Source: an uncultured candidatus Porisulfidus sp. (GTDB lineage Bacteria > Pseudomonadota > Gammaproteobacteria > Poriferisulfidales > Poriferisulfidaceae). From it: a DNA stretch of 64,000 nucleotides. The position numbers were made by a program, and so were the translations under genes. The notes below the pieces were generated by a model, which was not told the origin of the DNA, searched no databases, and saw only the letters and a program-made list of their open reading frames with translations. The stretch spans positions 32,001 through 96,000 of the forward strand of contig OZ241993.1 of the NCBI GenBank assembly GCA_965204575.1, in the 5' to 3' direction. Positions within the stretch are counted from its first letter, which is position 1; each line of letters starts with the position of its first letter. This document shows positions 49,097 to 59,313 of this stretch, piece after piece.

Positions 49097-50385
49097 TGGG
49101 CACTCCGCCCGAATGGACTGCCCTGGATCCTCGCCACCTGTGGCATCCGTACGCACCTGCCCCTGACCCTCTTCCGGCGCACCCGGTCGTCGGCAGCGAG
49201 GGCATCCACCTGATATTGGCCGATGGGCGCAGATTGGTCGACGGGATGGCCTCCTGGTGGTGCGCCATCCACGGCTACCGGCACCCGGAAATGGTGCGGG
49301 CCCTGCAGGAACAGGTCGATGTCCTGCCGCATGTCATGTTCGGCGGACTAACCCATGAATCCGCCGCGCGGCTGGCAGAGAGGCTGGCCCGGCTCTCCCC
49401 TGGGGATCTTAATCGAGTCTTCTTCTGTGATTCCGGCTCTGTTTCGGTCGAAGTCGCCCTAAAACTAGCCGTGCAGTATTGGCAAGCACGCGAGTGTCCG
49501 GAGAAATGTTGTTTCCTCGCCCTTCGCGGGGGCTACCACGGCGACACTTTCGCTGCCATGTCGGTCAGCGACCCGGACAACAGCCTGCACGACCGTTTCC
49601 GCAACCTGTTGCCGCGGCAGTATTTCACTCCACAACCTCCCGACGCGGATTGCACCATATCCGAACTGGAAGACGCTTGTGCGCGGTTCGAAGCCGATCT
49701 CGTTGCCCACCAGTACGAACTTGCCGGAGTCGTGTTAGAGCCCGTGCTTCAGGGGGCTGGGGGATTCCATCCCTACCCGCCCGCATTCCTGGCACAGGTC
49801 GCCGCCTTGTGTGCCCGGCATCAAGTGCTTCTGATCGCCGACGAGATCGCCACCGGATTCGGAAGGACCGGAACCCTGTTCGCCTGTGAGCAGGCCGACG
49901 TCGTCCCGGATATCCTGTGCCTCGGCAAGGCGTTGACGGGCGGCATGCTGAGCCTGGCTGCCACGTTGACACGTGAAGAAATTGCAAAGGTGGTCAGCGA
50001 AGCCGGGCCGTTCCTGCACGGCCCCACGTTCATGGCGAATCCTGCGGCCTGCCGGGTCGCGCTGGCGAGCTTGGATCTCTTGGAATCCCGGGACTGGAAG
50101 ACTGAAGTCGCTGCGATCGAAACAATCCTGCAGCGCGAGTTGCTGCCGCTGCAATCGGCCGAAGGTGTCGCAAGAGTGCGCGTGCTCGGCGCATTTGCTG
50201 TTGTCGAGACTTCTAAACCGGTGGATGCCCAGGCTTGGCAAGCCTTGGCTATCCAGCGCGGAGTCTGGCTGCGGCCGTTTCAGAATTTTGTGTACCTGAT
50301 GCCACCCTTTATCATTCAGGAAGCAGAGTTAATGCAACTAGCAAGTACTATCCAATCTGGTGTATCCGAACTCCTACAAGCATAG
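49096..50385 (+). CDS. bioA: Adenosylmethionine-8-amino-7-oxononanoate aminotransferase
   Basis: LWHPY, DGMASWWCAIHGY, SGSVSVEVALK, DEIATGFGRTG, GKALTGG, HGPTFMAN. Confidence 0.96.
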   Translation: MGTPPEWTALDPRHLWHPYAPAPDPLPAHPVVGSEGIHLILADGRRLVDGMASWWCAIHGYRHPEMVRALQEQVDVLPHVMFGGLTHESAARLAERLARLSPGDLNRVFFCDSGSVSVEVALKLAVQYWQARECPEKCCFLALRGGYHGDTFAAMSVSDPDNSLHDRFRNLLPRQYFTPQPPDADCTISELEDACARFEADLVAHQYELAGVVLEPVLQGAGGFHPYPPAFLAQVAALCARHQVLLIADEIATGFGRTGTLFACEQADVVPDILCLGKALTGGMLSLAATLTREEIAKVVSEAGPFLHGPTFMANPAACRVALASLDLLESRDWKTEVAAIETILQRELLPLQSAEGVARVRVLGAFAVVETSKPVDAQAWQALAIQRGVWLRPFQNFVYLMPPFIIQEAELMQLASTIQSGVSELLQA

Positions 50386-50439
50386 GATTTCAAAGCATGA
50401 TAGTATATACATTATATATCTTTCTGTTGAGGCAAAGCT

Positions 50440-50679
50440 ATGGGGGCAAAATCACATGTTGCCAAATGGGGCAGTAGTTTAGCGGTTCGCATTCCCAAGC
50501 CCATTTGCGAACTGTGGGGCGTCCAAGAAGGCACTCTCATTGAACTGAGCCCTAAGGGCGACCATGTTGTCATGCGCAAGAAGACCTATCATCTTGACGA
50601 CATGCTGGCCCAGATTACGTCCGAAAACCTTCACCCCGAGTGGGATACCGGTCCTACTCAAGGCAAAGAAGAATGGTGA
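50440..50679 (+). CDS. mazE: MazE antitoxin
   Basis: VAKWGSSLAVRIP..LDDMLAQITSENLHPEWDTG..GKEEW. Confidence 0.93.
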   Translation: MGAKSHVAKWGSSLAVRIPKPICELWGVQEGTLIELSPKGDHVVMRKKTYHLDDMLAQITSENLHPEWDTGPTQGKEEW

Positions 50680-51023
50680 AACGCCCGTACATTCCAGACG
50701 CGGGAGATATCGTGTGGCTCAGTTTTTCTCCACAATCCGGGCACGAGCAGGCCGGGCGCCGCCCCGCCCTTGTGCTGAGTCCCCGAGACTACAACAAAAA
50801 GGCCGAGATGGCCCTGTTTTGCCCAATCACCTCGCAAATCAAAGACTACCCCTTTGAGGTTCACCTGCCCTCGGATGGTGCTGTTACCGGCGTTATCCTA
50901 GCCGACCAAGTTAGGAGCTTGGACTGGCGGGCACGCCAGTGCCGTTTTGATTCGAAAGCCTCACCTCGGATGGTGAGCGAAACTCTGGAGAAGTTGTCGG
51001 CCCTTTTGGACCAAAATGGATAG
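50673..51023 (+). CDS. mazF: MazF endoribonuclease toxin
   Basis: YIPDAGDIVW.SFSPQSGHEQAGRRPALVLSP, CPITSQIKDYPFEV, DQVRSLDWRAR. Confidence 0.95.
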   Translation: MVKRPYIPDAGDIVWLSFSPQSGHEQAGRRPALVLSPRDYNKKAEMALFCPITSQIKDYPFEVHLPSDGAVTGVILADQVRSLDWRARQCRFDSKASPRMVSETLEKLSALLDQNG

Positions 51024-51875
51024 TTAAGCCAGCGCGACGCGCAACTTTTTCATTGCGGCAGCTTCAATCTGTCGAATCCGCTCACCCGAAACACCAAACT
51101 CTTCCGCCAGTTCCTGCAAGGTCCGCTTGGGCTCGGCAAACCAACGCTGCTGCAAGATCGAACGGCTGCGCTCATCCAACTCAGCCAACGCTTCGTGCAA
51201 GCGTGCATCACGGGTCTGTGCGTAATCTTCCGCCTCCACTTGCGGAGCCGGATCGGCACCGGGAGCCGGAAGATATGCCATCGGGGAAAGTGGAGCTTCC
51301 TCGTCGTCGGAATCTATCTCAAACGGCATGTCCGGCTGATTGAGACGGGACTCCATGTCCCGGATCTCACGGGCAGTCACGCCCAAGTCCTCCGCCACCG
51401 CGTTCACTTCGTCCTCATTCATCCAACCCAGCCGCTTCTTGGCCTTGCGCAGGTTGAAGAACAGTTTGCGCTGCGCCTTGGTCGTGGCCATCTTGACGAT
51501 GCGCCAGTTGCGCAGGACATATTCATGGATTTCGGCACGGATCCAGTGCACGGCGAAAGACACCAGCCGTACTCCGACCTCGGGATCGAAGCGTTTCACC
51601 GCCTTCATCAGGCCGATGCTGCCTTCCTGGATCAAGTCCGCTAGCGGCAGGCCATAGCCGCTATAGCCGCGGGCCACGTGGATCACGAAACGGAGGTTGT
51701 GCAGCACCAACTTACGCGCCGCCTCGACATCACCCTCATCGCGCAGGCGCAACGCCAGCTCGCGCTCCTCTTCAGGGCTGAGCACCGGCAAACTGTAGGC
51801 CAGCTGGATATATTGATCCAGACTGCCCGCCGCAACCGGCAGGTTTGGGGCGTAGTCCGAAACCGCTTGTGCCAT
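51024..51875 (-). CDS. rpoH: RNA polymerase sigma-32 factor
   Basis: RpoH box QRKLFFNLR; [18 protein letters not shown]; [11 protein letters not shown]. Confidence 0.97.
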   Translation of the reverse strand: MAQAVSDYAPNLPVAAGSLDQYIQLAYSLPVLSPEEERELALRLRDEGDVEAARKLVLHNLRFVIHVARGYSGYGLPLADLIQEGSIGLMKAVKRFDPEVGVRLVSFAVHWIRAEIHEYVLRNWRIVKMATTKAQRKLFFNLRKAKKRLGWMNEDEVNAVAEDLGVTAREIRDMESRLNQPDMPFEIDSDDEEAPLSPMAYLPAPGADPAPQVEAEDYAQTRDARLHEALAELDERSRSILQQRWFAEPKRTLQELAEEFGVSGERIRQIEAAAMKKLRVALA

Positions 51876-51930
51876 TTATTTTCTCCCGGAACAGGGAAAT
51901 TTCCCCTGCCCGCGACACCCTATTTTAGCA

Positions 51931-51959
51931 AATTGGGGTATTCTTGTCCACATTTCAAG
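51931..51959 (-). promoter_or_regulatory. Sigma32-type promoter upstream of rpoH
   Basis: Minus strand CTTGAAA-N14-CCCCAATT, close to the sigma32 consensus CTTGAAA-N13/14-CCCCATNT. Confidence 0.65.
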
Positions 51960-52095
51960 CCCTATGCCTTTTGCCGCCCGTTTGGTCGAGGCATTTGATT
52001 TGACTGCTGATTTTACCGAAAATTCCCTCGGCCCACCGCTCCGGCATACTATTTTCGGCCCCATCGCGAATTACGCCATTACTATAATGCGCCAC

Positions 52096-53454
52096 ATGAT
52101 TGACCTCCTGTATCCCCGTTTTTTCCTTCTGCTGGCGCTCGCGCTGCCCCATGCAGCGTTGGCGGAACCGCCTCCGGTGTTCACCCGAACCCTGGACAAC
52201 GGCCTGAAAGTGCTGGTACAACCCGATACGCGAGCCCCGGTGGCCGTCCAGCAACTTTGGTACGGCGTCGGCGCCGCCCATGAATCCCCAGGCCAGACTG
52301 GCATCAGCCATTTGCTGGAACACATGATGTTCCGGGGCACCGAACGCTATCCCGGGGAGGCATTCAGCCACACCATCGCCTCTCTCGGCGGCCGCGACAA
52401 CGCCTTCACCGGCCGCGACTACACGGCCTACTACCAGATTCTCGGCAGCGACCAGCTTGCGGTCGCGATGGAGATGGAGGCCGACCGCATGCAGAACCTG
52501 CTCCTGACCGAGGCGGATATCGAAAAGGAACTGGAGGTCGTGAAGGAGGAACGCCGGCTGCGGACCGAAGATCGGCCCGAGTCCTTGGCGTTCGAACAGC
52601 TGCAGGCGACCGCGTTCCAGAACCATCCGTACGGCCAACCGGTGATCGGATGGATGAGCGACATCGCGCAATTGGACCAGCAGCAGTTGCGTGACTGGCA
52701 ACGGCGCTGGTACGCCCCCAGCAATGCACGTCTGGTGGTGGTCGGCGACGTGGATCCGGAGCAGATCTTCGAGATGGCCGAAGAGCATTTCGGGTCTGTC
52801 CCGAATCATGAAATCACACCTACCCCAAGGCGCCAGGAACCGGTGCAACGAGGCGCGCGCAATGTCTCCCTGCGCATTCCCGCCCAGACTGAATACCTGC
52901 TCATCGGCTACAAGACCCCGGTCATGGCGCAGCTGCCCAAGAAACAACGCTGGGAAGCCTATGCGCTATCCATGCTGACCTCCATACTGGACGGCGGCAA
53001 TGCCTCACGGCTGGCAAAACGGCTGGTCCGAGGCCAGAAAATCGCTGCCAGCGCCAGTGCCGCCTACTCCCTGTACAGCGCTCTCAACAGCCTGCTCGTC
53101 CTGGATGCCACGCCCAACCCGGGGCACACCGCGGAAGAGATGGAACAGGCCCTACTCGCAGAAATTGCCGATCTTCAGGCCAACCCGGTCAGCGAAGCCG
53201 AACTGCAACGCGCCCGTGCGCAAGTGATCGCGCACATGGTCTACGCCCAGGACTCCCTGCGCCATCGCGCCTACATGATCGGAATGCTTGAGACGAACGG
53301 CCTCGGCTGGGAAATCGAACAGCAACTGGTCGCCGGCTACCAGGCCGTCACCGCCGCACAATTGCAGGAGGTCGCCCAGCGCTATCTGACCGACTACACC
53401 CGCACCACGGTCACGATCCACCCCATCGACATCACTGCAATCCCGGCCCCTTGA
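52096..53454 (+). CDS. M16-family zinc peptidase, active subunit
   Basis: TLDNGLKV, GISHLLEHMMFRGT (HxxEH), NAFT; signal peptide. Start approximate. Confidence 0.93.
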   Translation: MIDLLYPRFFLLLALALPHAALAEPPPVFTRTLDNGLKVLVQPDTRAPVAVQQLWYGVGAAHESPGQTGISHLLEHMMFRGTERYPGEAFSHTIASLGGRDNAFTGRDYTAYYQILGSDQLAVAMEMEADRMQNLLLTEADIEKELEVVKEERRLRTEDRPESLAFEQLQATAFQNHPYGQPVIGWMSDIAQLDQQQLRDWQRRWYAPSNARLVVVGDVDPEQIFEMAEEHFGSVPNHEITPTPRRQEPVQRGARNVSLRIPAQTEYLLIGYKTPVMAQLPKKQRWEAYALSMLTSILDGGNASRLAKRLVRGQKIAASASAAYSLYSALNSLLVLDATPNPGHTAEEMEQALLAEIADLQANPVSEAELQRARAQVIAHMVYAQDSLRHRAYMIGMLETNGLGWEIEQQLVAGYQAVTAAQLQEVAQRYLTDYTRTTVTIHPIDITAIPAP

Positions 53455-54764
53455 CCATGCCTCGAATCCTAACTGCCAGTCTTCTGGCCCTCGCCATCGG
53501 CACGCAGGCGCAGGCCGGTCCGCGCATCGAACACTGGACCAGCGACAGCGGCACCCCGGTGTACTTCATTGCCGCCCCGCAGATTCCTATGCTGGACATC
53601 CAAGTCGTTCTGGATGCCGGCAACAGTCGCGACGGCGCGCTTCCAGGACTGTCGCAAATCACCCATGCCCTGCTCAACACCGGCGCGGGAGACCTGGATG
53701 CGGACGCCATCGCCCAGCAATTCGAGGACGTCGGCGCGGCCTACAATGCCGAAGTCTGGCTGGACCGCTCCATGCTGTCCCTGCGCACCCTGGTGGATCC
53801 CGAATGGCGGGAACAGGCCCTGCAGACTTTCGTGACGTTGATCGGCCAGCCCGGATTTCCAGAGTCGGAACTGGAACGCCGCCGGAAACAGATGGAGGTC
53901 GCGCTCAAGAAGATCGAGGAGGATCCCGGCGCCATCGCGAAACGGGCCTTCTACCAGGCCGTCTATCCGGGTCACCCTTACTCTTCGCCTACCGCGGGGA
54001 CCCGTGATTCCCTCGCCGCCATCACCCGAAGCGATGTCGAGGCGTTCTACCGGACTTTCTTTTCCGCCGCCGGTGCCGTCGTCGCGATGGTCGGCGCCAT
54101 AGACCGGACCGAAGCCGAAACAATCGCAAACCGTATCAGCCAAGCACTCCCGCAAGGACCGGAACCGGAGCCGCTGCCGCCGCCCTCCGCGGTGACCGAA
54201 GCGAAAACCGTGACCATCCCGCACCCGTCCGAGCAGGCGCATGTCCTGATCGGCCGGCAGGGAGTCGCCCGCGGGGAGGCACTTCACTTCCCGCTGTATC
54301 TCGGCAACTTCACCTTGGGCGGCGGCGGGTTCTCTTCGCGCCTGATGCAGGAAATCCGCAACAACCAGGGCCTCGCCTATTCCGTGTACAGTTATTTCTT
54401 CCCCATGAGACATCGCGGACCCTTCCGGCTGGGATTCCAGACACGGAAGGACCAGGTCGATCAGGCTCTGGACGCGGCCTATGCGGAGGTGCGGCGTTTT
54501 GTGGCCGACGGGCCGACCGAAGAAGAACTGGAGCACAGCCGTAACAGCCTGGTGTTGGGATTCCCGCTGCGGATCGCGGACAATGCCAGCATGATCAACT
54601 ACCTCTCGATGATCGGCTACTACCGCCTGCCCCTGGACTACTTGGACACCTGGGCGGCGCGAATCAGCGCCATCAGCCATGAGCAGATCGTCACGGCGTT
54701 CCAAGACCGGCTGGACCCCGACCAAATGATCACGGTGATCGTCGGTGGCCAAGACCAGCCCTAA
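53451..54764 (+). CDS. M16-family peptidase, partner subunit lacking HxxEH
   Basis: LGGGGFSSRLMQEIR..GLAYSVYS; paired with the upstream M16 gene. Confidence 0.9.
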   Translation: MTMPRILTASLLALAIGTQAQAGPRIEHWTSDSGTPVYFIAAPQIPMLDIQVVLDAGNSRDGALPGLSQITHALLNTGAGDLDADAIAQQFEDVGAAYNAEVWLDRSMLSLRTLVDPEWREQALQTFVTLIGQPGFPESELERRRKQMEVALKKIEEDPGAIAKRAFYQAVYPGHPYSSPTAGTRDSLAAITRSDVEAFYRTFFSAAGAVVAMVGAIDRTEAETIANRISQALPQGPEPEPLPPPSAVTEAKTVTIPHPSEQAHVLIGRQGVARGEALHFPLYLGNFTLGGGGFSSRLMQEIRNNQGLAYSVYSYFFPMRHRGPFRLGFQTRKDQVDQALDAAYAEVRRFVADGPTEEELEHSRNSLVLGFPLRIADNASMINYLSMIGYYRLPLDYLDTWAARISAISHEQIVTAFQDRLDPDQMITVIVGGQDQP

Positions 54765-55362
54765 GAACCAACCGCCGCAACGGGTCCGCATCATCGCCGG
54801 CCTCTGGCGCGGCCGTTATCTCCAGGTTCCTTCCATTCCCTCGGTGCGGCCGACCCCCGCGCGGGTGCGCGAGACCGTGTTCAACTGGCTGGCTGGAAAC
54901 GTCGAAAATGCCGAATGCGCCGACCTTTATGCCGGCAGCGGAGCCTTGGGGTTCGAAGCCGCTTCGCGCGGAGCCCGGCAGGTCACGCTGGTGGACCGCA
55001 ATCGCACCATCGTGCAATGCCTGCGACAGGAAACGCAAAGATTTTCCGCCACGCAGATCGAAGTCGTGCATGCCCGGGCGCTGGCCTATATCGACTGCCT
55101 GCGCGAACCGCTTGACATCCTGTTCATCGATCCGCCATTCGCGCTGGGCACCGAACTGCTCGAAAAAACCTGCTCGCACCTTGCCGCATCCCGAGCCCTG
55201 AAAGAATCCAGCCTCGTCTACGTCGAATCCCCCGCCGATTGGATCGTGCGGATTCCTTCCCGCTGGACTTCGCTGAAATCCAAGCAGGCCGGGCAGGTCG
55301 GCTACCACTTGTTCGCGGCACGCCCCTACGTTCCATCCGACCCGGCGACGCCCTCCTCATAG
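54745..55362 (+). CDS. rsmD: 16S rRNA m2G966 methyltransferase
   Basis: VRIIAGLWRGR, RPTPARVRETVFNWL, DLYAGSGALGFEAASRG, FIDPPF. Confidence 0.95.
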   Translation: MAKTSPKNQPPQRVRIIAGLWRGRYLQVPSIPSVRPTPARVRETVFNWLAGNVENAECADLYAGSGALGFEAASRGARQVTLVDRNRTIVQCLRQETQRFSATQIEVVHARALAYIDCLREPLDILFIDPPFALGTELLEKTCSHLAASRALKESSLVYVESPADWIVRIPSRWTSLKSKQAGQVGYHLFAARPYVPSDPATPSS

Positions 55363-55381
55363 TTACAATGGGGGGAGAACC

Positions 55382-55864
55382 ATGACTCGTTGCGCAATCT
55401 ACCCGGGGACTTTCGACCCCCTCACGTTCGGCCACATCGACCTGGCCCAACGCGCATTGCGCCTGTTCGACCGGCTGATCGTCGCCATCGCGACCGATGC
55501 CGGCAAACATCCCACCTTCACGGCGGAGGAACGCGTCGAAATGGCGCAACTGGCCTTCGCCGACGAGGGCGACAAGATAGAAATCTCTTCCTTCGACGGC
55601 CTGCTCGTCGATTTTGCGCGGGACATGGGGGCGCAAGCCATCATTCGGGGCCTGCGGGCCGTATCGGATTTCGAGTACGAGTTCCAGCTCGCCAGCATGA
55701 ACCGAGAGTTGGCTCCGGACCTGGAGTCCATCTTCCTGACGCCCGGCAAGGAATATGCTTTCGTTTCATCGTCGCTGGTCAAGGAAGTGGCCATGCTGGG
55801 CGGCGACGTCTCGCATTTCGTGCCCAGGGAAATCGAGCAGATGCTGATTTCCAAACTTCGCTAA
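55382..55864 (+). CDS. coaD: Phosphopantetheine adenylyltransferase
   Basis: YPGTFDPLTFGH, IRGLRAVSDFEYE, VSSSLVKE. Confidence 0.97.
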   Translation: MTRCAIYPGTFDPLTFGHIDLAQRALRLFDRLIVAIATDAGKHPTFTAEERVEMAQLAFADEGDKIEISSFDGLLVDFARDMGAQAIIRGLRAVSDFEYEFQLASMNRELAPDLESIFLTPGKEYAFVSSSLVKEVAMLGGDVSHFVPREIEQMLISKLR

Positions 55865-55901
55865 GCATAAGCCTTTCTTGAAATAGCCTGACTCCTGAAG
55901 G

Positions 55902-57578
55902 ATGTTCTTGGTGAAACGGCCGGCCCTGCTGCTCTGCCTGTTCCTCCTGTCCGGCGGCCTGTCGACGGCCTCGGCCAATCCACCCGGACATGCCTTGGCG
56001 ACCGCGCATCCGGCCGCAACCGAGGCTGGTCTCGAAATCCTCAATGCCGGCGGCAACGCCTTCGATGCGGCCATTGCGGTTTCGGCGGTTCTGGGTGTCG
56101 TGGAACCCTACAGCTCGGGAATCGGCGGCGGCGGTTTCTTCCTCTTGCACGACAGTGCCCGAAACCACACCACGATGCTGGACGCCCGCGAACGCGCCCC
56201 GCTGGCCGCCCACCGCGACTTGTACCTGGATGCGGACGGAAACGTGGACCGCGACCGGGCGCTGAACGGTCCCCTGGCCGCCGGCATTCCCGGAATCGCC
56301 GCCGCCTGGGGTCACCTGGCGGAGCACTATGCGCAACTGCCGCTCGCTCGCTCGCTCGAAACCGCCATCCATCACGCCCGGGACGGCGTGCCGCTCAACC
56401 CCAAACTGCGACAAGCCATGGCCGCGCGGGCAGAAGCTTTTCTGCGCTGGCCGGGTTCTTCGGTCTTCGTGCTGGACTCTCCCAATCCGCCACCCGATAC
56501 GCGGATCGTCCAAGACGACCTGGCATCAACTTTGGCCCTGCTGGCCGAAAAGGGAGCGCAGGGCTTTTATCGCGGCCCGCTCGCGGAAACCTTGGTTGCG
56601 GAAGTCCAGGACGCCGGCGGCATTTGGTCGCTTGAAGACCTCGAACAGTACCGAGTCGTCGAGCGGGAACCGGTCACGGTCCACTGGCGCGGTGCCGAGA
56701 TCGTGACGGCAGCGCTGCCCTCCGCAACCGGCGTCATGCTGGCGCAGGCCTTCAACATGTTGGGCGAGGACTGGCTCGACGAAAAAAGGGGCGACGTTCG
56801 CGTTCATCGCCTGATCGAGGCCTTGCGCCGGGCCTACCTGGAGCGTGCCGCACACCTGGGCGACCCCGACCACGTGGACGTTCCGGTCGAGCGACTGACC
56901 GGCGCGGAGCATGCCCGGGAACTGATGGCGGATTTCGATCCCGGGCACGCCACTTCTTCCCAAAGCCTCTACACGGCCGAACCGGAAGCCGGGAACACCA
57001 CGCATTTCAGCATTCTGGACCGGGACGGCAACTGGGTCAGCGCCACTTTGTCCATCAACGGCCTGTTTGGCTCCGGGTTCATCGCGCCCGGCACCGGAGT
57101 CCTGCTGAACAACGAGATGGACGATTTCTCCGCCAAACCCGGCAGCCCGAATCTGTATGGCCTGATCGGCAGCGAGGCCAACGCCATCGCACCCGGAAAA
57201 CGCATGTTGTCTTCGATGGCGCCGACTGCCGTACACCACGCCAACACGCTGGCCCTGCTCGGAACCCCCGGCGGCAGCCGGATTACCACGATGGTGATGC
57301 AGGGGATCCTGCAGTTCCTGCAAGGCGCCAATGCCGAATCCCTCGTCTCCAGCCCGCGACTGCACCACCAGGCCCTGCCGGACAAGGTCTTCATCGAGCC
57401 CGATACGGTGGTGGACCGAGAGCGGCTTGAAGCAAAAGGGCATGTGTTCGAGGTTGCAGAACCCTGGGGCAACATGCAGGTGGTGGTGTGGGATACCCAC
57501 GAAGCTCGGCTGGATGCCGCATCGGACCCCCGGGGTCTCGGGTCTGCGAAAATCGAGATGCTGAATACCAATGACTAA
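55902..57578 (+). CDS. ggt: Gamma-glutamyltransferase
   Basis: GGNAFDAAIA, SGIGGGGF, TTHFS nucleophile, LLNNEMDDFS, RMLSSMAPT, GTPGGSRI. Confidence 0.95.
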   Translation: MFLVKRPALLLCLFLLSGGLSTASANPPGHALATAHPAATEAGLEILNAGGNAFDAAIAVSAVLGVVEPYSSGIGGGGFFLLHDSARNHTTMLDARERAPLAAHRDLYLDADGNVDRDRALNGPLAAGIPGIAAAWGHLAEHYAQLPLARSLETAIHHARDGVPLNPKLRQAMAARAEAFLRWPGSSVFVLDSPNPPPDTRIVQDDLASTLALLAEKGAQGFYRGPLAETLVAEVQDAGGIWSLEDLEQYRVVEREPVTVHWRGAEIVTAALPSATGVMLAQAFNMLGEDWLDEKRGDVRVHRLIEALRRAYLERAAHLGDPDHVDVPVERLTGAEHARELMADFDPGHATSSQSLYTAEPEAGNTTHFSILDRDGNWVSATLSINGLFGSGFIAPGTGVLLNNEMDDFSAKPGSPNLYGLIGSEANAIAPGKRMLSSMAPTAVHHANTLALLGTPGGSRITTMVMQGILQFLQGANAESLVSSPRLHHQALPDKVFIEPDTVVDRERLEAKGHVFEVAEPWGNMQVVVWDTHEARLDAASDPRGLGSAKIEMLNTND

Positions 57579-57699
57579 GAGGTCATTGCCGCCGTCTTCC
57601 AAGGCTCAGGGGGGTTATACTAGTCAACCTCCAAAACCGGTCCAGGCGAACCCGGGATTCCTTCCTTACGTATGGAGTATCTGGGAGATGAGGAGCTGA

Positions 57700-58875
57700 A
57701 TGGACGACGACGCGATCAAAGACGCTAAAGTCAAAATCCTGGTCGTCGACGACGAAGTGGATCTGGAGCAGCTGATGTTGCAACAGATGCGCAGGGAGAT
57801 CCGGCGCGGGCGCTACTCTTTTGAATTCGCGCACAACGGTGCGGAAGCCTTGGAGCGCTTGCGCGAGGAGCCCGATTTCGACATCGTGCTGTCCGACATC
57901 AACATGCCCGTGATGGACGGGCTGACGATGCTGGAACAGATCCCGGACGTCAACCCCAACATCCGCGCCGTGATGGTTTCCGCCTACGGCGACATGGAAA
58001 ACATCCGTACCGCGATGAATCGCGGAGCATTCGACTTCGTCACCAAGCCGATCGACTTCGGAGACCTCAAGGTGACGGTGGAGCGCACGGTTGAAAACCT
58101 GATGCTGTGGCGCGAAGCATTAAGTTCGCGCGACAAGCTCGTCGCGGTCCAGCACGAACTGGGCGTGGCGCAGTCAATGCAACAGAACATCCTTCCCCAA
58201 ACTTTTCCGACGACTGAAAACTTCGACGTCTACGCCCACATGGTCGCGGCCCGTTCCGTCGGTGGCGATTTTTATGATGTCTACGACCTTGGCAACGGCC
58301 GGCTGGGCGTCGTCATCGCCGACGTGTCGGACAAGGGCGTGCCGGCAGCCATGTTCATGATGGCCAGCCGAACGCTGCTGAAAGCCTGTGCGTTTTGCTC
58401 CGTTTCCCCCTCCCAGGTTCTGGGACAGGTGAATCAGATGCTGTCCGAAAACAACGAGGCCATGACCTTCGTGACTCTCCTGTACGGCATTTACGACCCC
58501 GAAACCAGGAGTTTCACCTACTCGAATGCCGGTCACAACTTCCCTATCGTCGTCCGCCCGGGACCCTCGGTGGAACTGCTGGAATCCACTGGCGGCATTG
58601 CCCTCGGTATCGAGGGAGAATTCCCGTTCCAGGAAGAGACCACGACCCTCGAGCCGGGCTCCATGATCGTGCTGTATACCGATGGGGTATCGGAGGCGGA
58701 AAGGGAGAACGGCGAAATGTTCGAGATGGAACGATTTGGCCAGATTTTCAAAGACAATTCCTACGAGAGCGCCCAACAGGCCACGGACGCGGTATTCGAT
58801 GCCGTTCATGATTTCGTTGGCGACAGCCCGCAGTCCGACGACATCACCTGCCTGGTCCTGAAGATTTCGGAATAA
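57700..58875 (+). CDS. Response regulator receiver + PP2C/SpoIIE phosphatase (RsbU-like)
   Basis: ILVVDDE, SDINMPVMDG, FVTKP; VGGDFYD, IADVSDKG, LYTDGVSEA, DDIT. Confidence 0.93.
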   Translation: MDDDAIKDAKVKILVVDDEVDLEQLMLQQMRREIRRGRYSFEFAHNGAEALERLREEPDFDIVLSDINMPVMDGLTMLEQIPDVNPNIRAVMVSAYGDMENIRTAMNRGAFDFVTKPIDFGDLKVTVERTVENLMLWREALSSRDKLVAVQHELGVAQSMQQNILPQTFPTTENFDVYAHMVAARSVGGDFYDVYDLGNGRLGVVIADVSDKGVPAAMFMMASRTLLKACAFCSVSPSQVLGQVNQMLSENNEAMTFVTLLYGIYDPETRSFTYSNAGHNFPIVVRPGPSVELLESTGGIALGIEGEFPFQEETTTLEPGSMIVLYTDGVSEAERENGEMFEMERFGQIFKDNSYESAQQATDAVFDAVHDFVGDSPQSDDITCLVLKISE

Positions 58876-58892
58876 CCGGCACGGCCGAGAAA

Positions 58893-59309
58893 ATGGAATC
58901 CTCGCGCACCTTGATTGTCTCCAATCGCATCGAGGAAATCCGGACGATCGAGAGGTTTTTGACCGAATTCTCCGAACAGCATGACTTCCCGCCTGACGCG
59001 ATGTTCCAAATCCAGCTTTCACTGGAAGAGATTTTCACCAATGTCGTCAGCTACGGGTACGACGACGATACGGAGCACGACATCGAGATCATGCTTTCCA
59101 AAAACGGGGGGGCCGTAACCATCGAGATCGCAGATGACGGCCGCCCTTTCGATCCATTGCAGGACGCGCCGGAAATGGATGCAGAAAGCGCACTCGAAGA
59201 GCGCCGGGTTGGCGGCGCGGGAATCGCATTGACGAAAACCATGATGACTGACTTGCGCTATCACCGGGACGACGGCCGAAATCACCTGATCATGGTGAAG
59301 GATCTTTAG
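58893..59309 (+). CDS. Anti-sigma factor / Ser kinase (RsbW-like HATPase)
   Basis: LEEIFTNVVSYG, IADDGRPFDP, RVGGAGI, NHLIM. Confidence 0.9.
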   Translation: MESSRTLIVSNRIEEIRTIERFLTEFSEQHDFPPDAMFQIQLSLEEIFTNVVSYGYDDDTEHDIEIMLSKNGGAVTIEIADDGRPFDPLQDAPEMDAESALEERRVGGAGIALTKTMMTDLRYHRDDGRNHLIMVKDL

Positions 59310-59313
59310 CGAC

